Shown here one piece after another: positions 48,987 to 60,211 of a DNA stretch of 64,000 nt (positions are counted from its first letter, which is position 1; each line of letters begins with the position of its first letter). This stretch comes from Narcine bancroftii (Eukaryota), in NCBI RefSeq assembly GCF_036971445.1, contig NC_091475.1, positions 80,042,001-80,106,000 of the forward strand, written 5' to 3'. The notes below the pieces were generated by a model. It was not told where the DNA came from and did not search any database. It saw only the letters and a program-made list of their open reading frames with translations. A program made the translations under genes and the position numbers.

Positions 48987-49135
48987 TTTTTTAATTTGTA
49001 ATTTAGACATACAGCATGGTAACAGGCCATTCCGGCCCATGAGCATGTACTGAGGGTGTAGGTTAATTGGGTGGCATGGACTCATGAGCTGAAATGGCCT
49101 GTTACCATGTTGTATGATTAAATTAAAAATTAAAA
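48987..49135. repeat. Inverted pair of SINE tails (long imperfect hairpin)
   Basis: taatttagacatacagcatggtaacaggccattccggcccatgag / ctcatgagctgaaatggcctgttaccatgttgtatgattaaatta. Confidence 0.85.
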
Positions 49136-49330
49136 GGTTTACCACCCATGATCTAGTCCATGGTATACATACACAATACACAGCAGATAGTAATCACATA
49201 TTTTACATACAATTATTTGTGTGTGTGTGCATGCATGCGCAAGAGGATGCTTGGGGTACGGGTGAAGTCTGGGCCTGATGTCCCGTTCAGCCAGGGAAAG
49301 TGCATACATAATAGATCGCCTCTCCTTTTT

Positions 49331-51655
49331 CAGTGTAGTGATCCCCAGTTGACAATCTCCAGTCAACTGTAGTGAAGGCTGACTTCCAGGTGAATCTTCA
49401 GTCAAGGCTTGAAGATTCTAGTTTCCCCCCAGACCCCTCTCCAGAAGTGCTTTGGGAAAACCTAAAAACTACCATCCTGCAGACCTCTGAAGAAGTCCTA
49501 GAGTTTTCCACTAAGAACAAAGACTGGTTCAATGAAAACAACCAGGAGATCCAAGAATTGCCGGTGAAGAAGAGATCCAGGTGCACCTTGCTCAACTGTC
49601 TTGTCTTGATGAGAAAGCAGTCTTCCACCCTGTATGCAGTGATCTCCAGCACAAGTTTTGAGAGATTCAGAACATGTGGTGGATCAACCTTGCAGAGAGA
49701 ACTCAAATACCAGTGACTCCAGAGGGTTTTATGAACTCCTGAAGGTGGTGTTCGGCCCTTTGCATCAGGTCCAGAGTCCCTTGCACAATGCAGATGGCCA
49801 GACACTCTACACAGACAAGGCATTCATTCTGAACCGGTGGTTGGAACATTTCCAGACTTTCTTCAGCACCAACTGCATGGTCCACGACTCAGAAATTCAT
49901 TGTATCCCACAACATCTAGAGAAAACAGAACTGGACAATATTCCAACCCTAGAAAAGACTGGCAAGGCCATGGAGCAGCTGAAAAGTGGTAAGGTGACAG
50001 GAATCGATGGAATCCCACCAGAGATTTGGAAGCATGGAGGCCCAGTGTTACCAAACTTTGCTGCTGGGAACAAGGCAACTATCACAGGACCTCCGTGATG
50101 CAGTCATCAGCACCCTGTACAAGAACAAGGGAATAAAGTCTGACTGCTCCAACTACCGGGGAATAACTCTGCTCTCCGCCACTGGAAAAATTATTGTAAG
50201 AGTACTCCTAAACAGACTGGTGGACATCATTGCTGAAGAACATCTCCCAGAGAGTCAATGTGGCTTCAGAGCCAACAGGAGCACAATCGACATGGTATTT
50301 GTTCTTAGGCATCTCCAAGAGAAGTGTTGGGAACAGAACAAGGAACTGTACGTGACGTTTGTCAACCTTACAAAAGCGTTTGACACTGTGAGCAGGAAAG
50401 ATTGGTGGCAGATCGTGGAATGACTGGGATGTCCCCCAAAGTTCCTCAGCACGGTCATCCAGCTACATGAAGATCAGCATGGCCAGGTCAGAAACAACAA
50501 CAACCTCCGAGAGCCCTTCTCAATAGGTAACAGTGTAAAGCAAGGCTGAGTCCTCGCGCCGACTCTCTTCACCACCTTCTTCGGTATGATGCTCCAAAGA
50601 GCCATAGAAGAACTTGTTGACAAGCACAGTTTCTACATCTGATATCGCACTGATGGCTGCCCACTCAACACGAAGACATTGGAGCAACTCGTTCAAGAGC
50701 TACTCTTCGCCGACGATGCTTGTTGCTTATTCAGAGACAGCTCTGCAGCATATAACATCTTGCTTTGTGAAGGCTGCCGAGCTCTTCGGACTGGGGGTCA
50801 GTTTGAAGAGGACAGAAGTTCTCCATCAGCCCACACCTCAGGAGGAGTACCACCCTCTCTGCATTACTATCAGCAAGGCTGAGCTGAAGACAGTCACCAT
50901 CCTGTACGGCTCTAGGACTTCTTCAGAGTTCTGCAGGATGGTAGTTTTTAGGTTTTCCCAAAGCACTTCTGGAGAAGGGTCTGTGGGGAAACTACAAGCC
51001 TCGACTGAAGACTCACCTGGAAGTCAGCCTTTATTTCAGTTGACTGGAGATTGTCAACTGGAAATCACTACACTGTCACCACCTACAACTCCTTGAGCAC
51101 TTCCACCAGCCCTGCCTCCATACCATCATTAACAACCATTGGAGTGACTTAATCACCAACATTGAAGACCTCAAACAGGGGGAAATTACCAGCATTGAGA
51201 CCATGCTGATGAAGACACAGTTAAGCTGGCTGGGCACATCTTTAGGATGGAGGATCATTGCCTGCCCAAGATTGTGTATTATGGTGAACTCTCCACTGGC
51301 TACCGTAACAGAGGGGCTCTGAAAAAGAGGTACAAGGACTCTCTGAAGAAATCTTGTGGGAAGAAATCCTGTCACATTGACACTTTGCAAGTGGTCTAAT
51401 CTAGCCTCCAATCACGTGGCCTGGTGGCACACCATTCACCAGTCTGTCTCCTCCTTCAAGAACGCACGCTGAGCTGGCCTTGAGGACAAAAGGAGATGGA
51501 AGAAGATCTTTGACTCAGCAGCACCAAACCCTGAACAGAATTACCCTTGCAGCCGTTGTGGCCTGGCATATCTATCCCACATTGGCCTCGTCAGTCACCT
51601 GCAGCAGACTTGGACAGCCCCCATCCTAAATCTTCGTTCGTGAAGTCAAGCCATA
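49331..51655 (+). mobile_element. Older RTE-clade LINE, rearranged
   Basis: GKVTGIDGIPPEIWKHGG, LPESQCGFRANRST, LLFADDA; tail aaatcttcgttcgtgaagtcaagcc; internal inverted copy at 50910-51075. Confidence 0.88.
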
Positions 51656-51719
51656 TAAAAATATATATCACAAACATTCATATAAATATTTTGGAATTAA
51701 TTACATGATATAGGATCTT

Positions 51720-52600
51720 AGAACCATAGAACATGGCAGCACAGAAACAGGTCCTTTGGCCTATCTAGTCTGCACCAAACTAATATTTTGCCTAGACCCA
51801 TTTACCTGCACCCAGACCATCGCCTTCCATACCCCTCCCATCATGTCCCTGTCCAAATTTTTCTTAAGTGTCGAAATCAAGCCTGCATTCACCACTTCAG
51901 CCGGCAATTTTTTCCACACTTTCACCACTCCCTTATGCCAAGATGCCAAGATAAATATTTCACCTTTCACCCTTAACCCACGTCCTCTCGTTCTTCTCAC
52001 CCAACCTCAGTGGGAAAAGCCAAGTCAGGATGGAGGGCAACTTCCAGGTGGTGATGTTCCCCAGCTTTTGCTGCTCTTGTCCTTCCAGCTGGTGATGGTA
52101 GTGGGTTTGATAGGTGCTGCGTAAAGGATCTTGGTGGGTTGCTGCAATGCATCTTGTAGATGATGCAAACTACTAGCATGGGAAGAAAGTATATTAGTTT
52201 TCTTCCATATTTTAGAGTGTTTTATGGCATTATTCACAATCACAGCCAGTCATGGGTCACACATTATGAGAAGAGATCTTTCAGCCCAACTTGCCCATGC
52301 TAACCAAAATGTCCTACCCACAATGGTCCCCTCCACCTGCATTTGGCTCCTCACCTAAACCCATCCTATTCATGTATCCATCCAAATATTTCTGCCTCAA
52401 CCACCTCCTCCGGCAGCCCGTTCAAGACACCCACCACCCTCAGTAAAAAAGTTAACTCTCACGATCCTGTTTAAACTCTTCCCCTTATCTTAAAGCTTGT
52501 CTCTGATCCTCTGCTTACCAATGTCCTCTGGCTACCAATTCCCAGAAGACTCTCTGAGTTCACCCTATCTATTGCTCTCATGATCTTGTACATGATTATG
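51720..52600 (-). mobile_element. Cluster of CR1 3' remnants
   Basis: RTRGRGLRVKG..VVKVWKKLPAEVV; second copy at ~52250-52595. Confidence 0.7.
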
Positions 52601-53869
52601 TCTTTGTGCTTTTTAATTTTCTATGGAGAAGGGATGCAAAGATGGACAGGTTGGTAGACCAGTGCTGTGATGTTAGAACAGGCCAGCTGAATGGAGGAGG
52701 GCATTCTGCAGCCTCCTGATGTGCCTCATAACTGGTTGTTTCTCCTGATGCCTCCATCTGCACATGAGGTACAAACAGTGAACACCACAGGAACAGGCTA
52801 TTCGATCTTTCTGTTCTGTGGTAGGTTAACCTGCTCTGCCTTCCCTTCCCAAATCTTCAATCCTTTTCTCCCTCGTGGGCTCACCCCCTTAAAGTCAGCT
52901 ATGCTTTTCACCTTAACCCTTCCCTCACGGAGCAAGTTCCACACTCATCCCAGTCCCTGAAGAAAGTTTCTCCTGAATCCTGATCCCATTTAACAGAGAT
53001 TGAATTATGTTGAAGACTCCTAGTTTTGGGGTTCCTTGTGTGGAAATCTTCCCTCTAAGTCTGTTTAATCAAATAATCTTGACTTGTCAGCCATGATGTG
53101 GTGGGCAGAGCAGACTCTATGGGCTGAATGGCCTCATTCTACTCCCACATCTTATGGTATTGAATAGTAAGATTTCTACCCTTTTCCCCACAGGCTCTGG
53201 CTTTCCATCGCAACACCAACCTTGTGGGTGCTGTGGCATCTTTCCCAGTCTCACTAAAGAGGGCAACCCTTCCTGCTCCCATTGTGATCTAAATGCTGGT
53301 TGGGTGAAGGCAAGTGCAGGGACAATTGAGGCCTAACGGATTCCATTTCACTTCTGTATCATGGGTTGGCTAAGATGGAATATGGAACAGAAATTGGCAA
53401 GTGTTGGTGAAGTTACTGGACAAGCAACCACTAGCTCTGGGCAATTGATCCAGGAATGTGGATTGAAATCCCACCACTGCAGTCAAGGAATTAAAATGAG
53501 TGTAGTTAAATAATTCAGGAATTGAGGGAGAAAAATACATCTCAGTCACCACAAAACTATCAGATTATTGTTCAAAACCATCTGATTCACCATTTCCTCG
53601 AACCTGGGGCACTGGTGCTATAATTGCATTGCACCAACCACTTCACTAACTGTGCCACCCTTACCCACTATGTGGCCCCAAGACCCACCAAGATATTTTC
53701 TTAGCTTGGGGACAGTTAAGGATAGACAATAAACATCTGTACCACCAGAGCCTTTGAATAAATGACTCACCATAGTATTCAGGATTAAATAAAAGACTCA
53801 AAGAGTCATTCAGCTCAGAAGAAGGCCTGTTAATCCATCATGTCTGCACTGACCATCAGTCACCAATTT

Positions 53870-54150
53870 ACACTAATTCCATTTTATTGCCTCACATTCT
53901 CATCAACATCACCCTAAACTCCCTCAGGTTTGACCCCTCTCCCATGCACCTGAGGGGGCAATTTACAGTGGCCAATTAATCAGCCCACCTGGATGTAGGG
54001 GGGAAACTGGAGCACGCAGGGAAGGGACCAGCATGGCCAATGGGAAATAGTTGCAAACTCCACAAGAACAGTGCTGGAGGCCCAGATTGAACCCCTAGCA
54101 TTCTAACTCTGAGGCAGCAGCTCCACCCATTGCAGCAGTGTGCTGCTCAG
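53870..54150 (-). mobile_element. SINE (V-SINE-like)
   Basis: ggggcaatttacagtggccaattaa..gaaactggagcac..caaactccac..attgaaccc. Confidence 0.65.
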
Positions 54151-54316
54151 ATCTTTGAGCATTCAATATCACATGGCCAGCCATTTTTTTTTACCTCCTG
54201 TGGTAAAGCATAGAATTAGAAGGGTCTCACTCAGAACCACACTTCCCAATGCTGGGAAAGAGTGATTTCCCCTCCCTCTTCTCTGCTTTCATGGAGCATT
54301 TGACCACAGGTTGGAT

Positions 54317-54567
54317 TAGCCACTCTCAACCTTTTTTCAGCTATGCCGCCCCTGCCCTTAGCATTCTGCTCAAAGTTTATGGGCCCTTTTCCCAGTGAAG
54401 CAGTCAAGTTTTGGTTCCTCCTCTACTTCTTTCCTACCGACTATATAAAAAAAATTGTTACTTGAGGTGAAAAGAAAACAAGGCTTTTACTTAAATGTGC
54501 TTTCCCCCCCCTCCCTCCCCACCACCCCACCCCCCCACCCCTCCAAGGGGCCTGTTGAGAATGGCTG
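54317..54567. mobile_element. hAT-like MITE
   Basis: TIRs tagccactctcaac / gttgagaatggctg. Confidence 0.55.
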
Positions 54568-55261
54568 GGCTAGGTTATATTGAAAGGGCTTGGTCCCAAC
54601 CATCTGATGTTTTGCTCTTCCAGCAGCATCCCCCGCAAAGCGCATCTCCAGCTCCATCCTGTTAATTTAATGAGAAGCATTTCTTCCTTTGACTGAATGT
54701 TCTTTGAGTCGCAATGTCGAGGCAAAGAGCCCATCCCAATAATCAGGATGAATTCTTCTCTCAGGAAAGCTCTATTGCCTTAATGCATCAATTTCAAAGT
54801 GACTAAATCCGTCATAAAAATGAATTTGGTTTTCTGTGCTGGTACATTAGCTCCAGATCTCAAGGACATTTCCAACTTTAAAAGGAAACACCTCACACTT
54901 TTCTGTTTAATGGATCTGATGTACAATGTCCTCAATTTATTGTATTAACCTTGTGGGGACTGAATAAATGCTTAGAGTACAAGAGTTTCACAGCATAGAA
55001 ACAGACCCGCAGGCCCACCTTGTCCGAACCAAACAACATGCCCTCCTGCTTTAGACCCACTCACCCGCATTAGAGCCAGACACCTCTAACCCCCTCCTAT
55101 CTGTGTAATTATTCAAGAGCTTCTTGAAGGAAACTATCATTGCTTGCCTCCCCACTTTGTCTGGCAGCTCGTTCCACGTGCCCACCATCCTCTGAGAACT
55201 GTCCCTTCATGACCCTTATAAATCCCATTTCTTCACCTTCCCTCATCTTAGATTCTCCTAC

Positions 55262-55472
55262 TGTTGGGCACTATCAGCTGCCCCAATAATTGCAATGACA
55301 AAGACTTGAGGGTAACGATAGGCTTTATTGCATAGAAGACTAGGGAAGTGCAGGGAAGGAAAAGGTGGCCCGACCTTTATGGCCTGGATCCCAGGGGAGT
55401 AGTCCAGGTAAGAGTGTCATCAGGGTGTGGGCCAGCCTGAGCCAATTAGCATACACAATCCATACCATTACA
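55262..55472 (-). mobile_element. Solo LTR, 211 bp, with 5-bp TSD CCTAC, inside a CR1 remnant
   Basis: TG...CA termini; CCTAC at 55257-55261 and 55473-55477; minus-strand AATAAA. Confidence 0.75.
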
Positions 55473-55507
55473 CCTACCCTAGGAAACAAACTATCATTAT
55501 TGGTCTT

Positions 55508-55522
55508 GTATATATAGATAAA

Positions 55523-55556
<34 letters not shown>
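55508..55556. repeat. (TA)n microsatellite
   Basis: Direct reading of the sequence. Confidence 0.9.
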
Positions 55557-55561
<5 letters not shown>

Positions 55562-56499
55562 CTCTTAGTTTTAGAGAAGTCAACAATTTTTAGAGCTATG
55601 AAGAAAGAGCAGGAGCATGGATATTTTTTCACAAGCTGGAAGGCTCCACAAGGTTTGACCTCCAACTTATTAATACGTAGTCATGATTCAGAGGTAGAAC
55701 TGCTGGGTGAGGTCTCCCTCAAGAGGACGAGCACAGAAATTCAGGCTGACACTTCAACTTCTTTGAGAGGGGTGTGGCCTGTCCAATGTGTAGTCAAACC
55801 AAGACAAACTCAACAACTGATGGAAATCAAAAAATGTTGGGGCTTGGACATAAAAGCAGATAATGCTGGAAACACTCAGCAGATCAGCCAGTGTCTGTGA
55901 GGGAGAAACATAGAGATGTCTCATGAAGGTCGGAGACCTGAAATGTTGACACTGATTCTATCTCCACAGATGCTCCCAGGCCTGCTGAGTATTTTCAGTA
56001 TAATCTTCTCCTATTTCAGGTCTAAGCTGAACTAAAGATTGACCAATTAATCAATGCTGGAGGCAAGAGATCATTAGGCTAAAATGCCCGTCACCTTAAG
56101 GCCATCAGTTAAAAACAGATCATAAATGCAGTGTGTCTTTGCTGTGTATCGGATAGCTGCCTTATCCCCTGTAGCATAAAAATGAGTACACTCCAAAGTT
56201 TTTGGTTGCTGGATGAAATGGCTGAAATCCAAGAGTAACATCAGAAAGATGGATTCTAAAAAAGGAACTTGCCACTGAAAGTATGTAATTGTTCTTAATA
56301 AATAGAATGTGTTAAAAGAGATTGTCCTTGTAAGATGCATTATTTTGAAATAACCCAAGAAGAGTTTATGCACAATGTTGCATCATTTATGATCCAGCTG
56401 GCAACATACTTTTGTCACCTAGTTTTTACAGAGTTACTGTTAATGAGGAAAATTACCTTTTCATCTGCTATTGTGAAGTGAATCAATTTCTTGGAATTG

Positions 56500-57115
56500 C
56501 TTACAAACCAAAGAGGCTCACAAAAGGTGTAAAAGTGCCATTCATTTTATTTCAAAGTGTAAGTAAAGCTTTATAAAGCAGTGCTTAAAGATAGAGAATA
56601 TTAGGAAGCTCTAAATGTTGCTTGAATTAGCCTCTGTATGAAGCCATGTTTACTGCAATAGTCATTTGTAGACCAATTAAAACTTCCAGCCACTTGTGGG
56701 TTTACTGTCAACAGTATTTCCTCCTAATTAACTATTCAGTCATTTAGTCAAATCTGAGGAACATATTGTGTTTGTGACCTCAATTCCTAAGTGTTTGCTT
56801 TGCATACAAGGAAACTGTTCACTGCTCTATCTGTAGATTATAAGTTACTGAAGCTAGGCATTAAAATGTGTCACTCCCGATAGTAATATGCTTGTCAGAT
56901 TCCCGGGCTAATAACTATTTATTATTAAAGGTCAGCTTGCCACTTATGCTGGTGTGTTAATGATGAAACAGTATCTTCTGCTGGTACGTTGCAAGGAACA
57001 GTCCTAAAATGGAAGCATTAGCAAGTGAAAATGTTTTTTTTGGTAAGTGCATTTCAAGATATCCATAATCTTCTGTGGTAGTAACTAAGCCACCTGTGGT
57101 GTTCCTGATGAACCT
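56500..57115 (-). other. ITGBL1: Putative ITGBL1 3'UTR
   Basis: Repeat-free AT-rich sequence after the stop codon; minus-strand AATAAA at 56918-56923 and 56546-56551. Confidence 0.5.
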
Positions 57116-57204
57116 TCAGCTCTCTGATCCAATCCAGATCTCACAAGCATTCCCTGTCCATTCAGCCCAGCAGTCACAGATTCCGCAGTTGCACACGCCA
57201 TTCC
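57116..57204 (-). CDS. ITGBL1: Integrin subunit beta-like 1, last coding exon
   Basis: Minus strand ctgtctcgttgcag|GG AAT GGC GTG TGC.. = (G)[28 protein letters not shown], matching human ITGBL1 [30 protein letters not shown]; convergent with FGF14 as in human. Confidence 0.92.
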
Positions 57205-57959
57205 CTGCAACGAGACAGCACCAGTGTTGCAATTAAATCACAGAGCAGTGACTCCAAAAGCAGTGTACCGGAAATCCAAAATCCAACAAAGGGAAATGCG
57301 GGGTCACAGATGCTGTCTGACCTGATAGGTAATTTGCAGTGTTTCAAATTATGAATTCATTTCATATTTTTTAAAATATCTCCATTTGTGGCTTATTAGC
57401 CCTGTATTCACAAAATGTCATGTCATTGAAACCCAGGGAGCAGTAGCAGAGACAATAAGCGATTGAACCAGTAATCCAGAGGACTTGATTGTTATCCAGA
57501 TACACGTTCAAATCCCATCACAGCAGCTGTGGAAGTTCAACTCTGCTATGTCAAACAAATGACAAATAAAAACAATGTTGGAGTAATTCAGCCATCTGTA
57601 CCTGGTCTCACTCAAATATAACTCCAGAGACACTGCAAGAGGACGCTTAATGGTTTGCTGAAATAGCCCTTTCAGGATAAGGCAATTAGGGATGGTCTTC
57701 CAGCACAAGGAATGCTGGCAAATAGCTTATTCAAGGCTGGAGGAGTACATGCAGGACCTACTGAGGGTTGGCGCAGACCAGGGCATTGTGGGGAAGGACC
57801 ACCGTATAGGATCCTTCTGCTACTGGGCATTGAAGGGCTGAGACCAAAGGGGAAAACCCCCTCAAACAACAGAGGGAGGAGTACTACAAGGTGCAACAGA
57901 TGTGGCCAGTACTATTTAACAAATTAGAGAATGAATGTAACAATGTACAGCTATGGAAT

Positions 57960-58365
57960 GTATGACTATTACAGGTTAGGACTTTATTCTCTGGAGCATA
58001 GAAGAATGGGGGAGATTTGATAGAAGGATACAAAATTAAGAAGGGTATATATGAATAATGTAAGCAGGCTTTTTCCAGAGGTTGGGTGAGACAAGAACTA
58101 GAGGACATGGGTTAAGGGTGAAAGGTGGCCTGTTTCAAGGGAAAATTAGGGGGAACTTCATCACACAGAGAGTGGTGAGAGAGCGCATGGAACGAGCTGC
58201 CAGGGAGGTGGTGAAAGCAGGCATGATTTTGACATTTAAGAATTTGAATGGGTACCTGGATGGGAGGGGTGTGGAGGGCTATGGTCTGGGTGCAGGTCAA
58301 TAGAACGAGGCAGAATAATAGTTTGGCACAGACTGAAGGGCCTTTTTCTGTGCTGCAGTGTTCAA
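57960..58365 (+). mobile_element. CR1 3' remnant
   Basis: ETRTRGHGLRVKG..RGNFITQRVV. Confidence 0.8.
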
Positions 58366-58430
58366 TTGACACAAAGGATTCAAAAAGACTTTGCTCAGTT
58401 TTTTTTTTGTGTATAGTTTTATTGTGAAAA

Positions 58431-59998
58431 TAATCACGTTGCTCTCCATTGCAGGAAAAATCTTCGCTAGGATTCTACTAAATAGAATAATACCTAGTGT
58501 CGCCGAGAATATTCTCCCAGAATCACAGTGCGGCTTTCGCGCAAACAGAGGAACTACTGACATGGTCTTTGCCCTCAGACAGCTCCAAGAAAAGTGCAGA
58601 GAACAAAACAAAGGACTCTACATCACCTTTGTTGACCTCACCAAAGCCTTCGACACCGTGAGCAGGAAAGGGCTTTGGCAAATACTAGAGCGCTTCGGAT
58701 GTCCCCCAAAGTTCCTCAACATGATTATCCAACTGCATGAAAACCAACAAGGTCGGGTCAGATACAGCAATGAGCTCTCTGAACCCTTCTCCATTAACAA
58801 TGGCGTGAAGCAAGGCTGTGTTCTCGCACCAACCCTCTTTTCAATCTTCTTCAGCATGATGCTGAACCAAGCCATGAAAGACCCCAACAATGAAGACGCT
58901 GTTTACATCCGGTACTGCACGGATGGCAGTCTCTTCAATCTGAGTCGCCTGCAAGCTCACACCAAGACACAAGAGAAACTTGTCCGTGAACTACTCTTTG
59001 CAGACGATGCCGCTTTAGTTGCCCATTCAGAGCCAGCTCTTCAGCGCTTGACGTCCTGCTTTGCGGAAACTGCCAAAATGTTTGGCCTGGAAGTCAGCCT
59101 GAAGAAAACTGAGGTCCTCCATCAGCCAGCTCCCCACCATGACTACCAGCCCCCCCACATCTCCATCGGGCACACAAAACTCAAAACAGTCAACCAGTTT
59201 ACCTATCTCAGCTGCACCATTTCATCAGATGCAAGGATCGACAATGAGATAGACAACAGACTCGCCAAGGCAAATAGCGCCTTTGGAAGACTACACAAAA
59301 GAGTCTGGAAAAACAACCAACTGAAAAACCTCACAAAGATAAGCGTATACAGAGCCGTTGTCATACCCACACTCCTGTTCGGCTCCGAATCATGGGTCCT
59401 CTACCGGCACCACCTACGGCTCCTAGAACGCTTCCACCAGCGTTGTTTCCGCTCCATCCTCAACATCCATTGGAGCGCTTTCATCCCTAACGTCGAAGTA
59501 CTCGAGATGGCAGAGGTCGACAGCATCGAGTCCACGCTGCTGAAGATCCAGCTGCGCTGGATGGGTCACGTCTCCAGAATGGAGGACCATCGCCTTCCCA
59601 AGATCGTGTTATATGGCGAGCTCTCCACTGGCCACCATGACAGAGGTGCACCAAAGAAAAGGTACAAGGACTGCCTAAAGAAATCTCTTGGTGCCTGCCA
59701 TATTGACCACCGCCAGTGGGCTGATAACGCCTCAAACCGTGCATCATGGCGCCTCACAGTTTGGCGGGCAGCAACCTCCTTTGAAGAAGACCGCAGAACC
59801 CACCTCACTGACAAAAGGCAAAGGAGGAAAAACCCAACACCTAACCCCAACCAACCAATTTTCCCTCGCAACCGCTGCAACCGTGTCTGCCTGTCCCGCA
59901 TCGGACTTGTCAGTCACAAACGAGCCTGCAGCTGACGTGGACTTTTTACCCCCTCCATAAATCTTCGTCCGCGAAGCCAAGCCAAAGAAAAAAAAAAG
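58431..59998 (+). mobile_element. Young RTE-clade LINE, 5'-truncated, with uninterrupted RT-to-C-terminus frame
   Basis: ORF 58391..59935: ~500 aa from ITLLSIAGK with LLFADD; A-rich tail; the first ~13 codons are flank. Confidence 0.95.
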
Positions 59999-60211
59999 AG
60001 TTTCATAGCTGAGAAGATGGCAGCAAATGACAATTGAAGAATGAAAATAAAATGCAGAAATATGATCAAGCCCTTCTACATATTTGGGCTGAGAATTGTA
60101 TAGGACAGGAACAGTCTCTTCAGCTCCTAATCTAGCCATGATTTTCCACATATGCATATATCCTATCCTTACTGTAAGTAATAGATTTATATCTTGACGA
60201 ATATGTTTTGC

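Noticed and set aside
49275-49315. Possible hammerhead (ctgatgtccc..gggaaa)
   Set aside because: Core deviates from CUGANGA and stems I and III are not convincing
58410-60020. TSD for the RTE at 58431-59998
   Set aside because: Flanks are only loosely similar (agttttattgtgaaaa vs agtttcatagctgagaa), too poor for so young a copy
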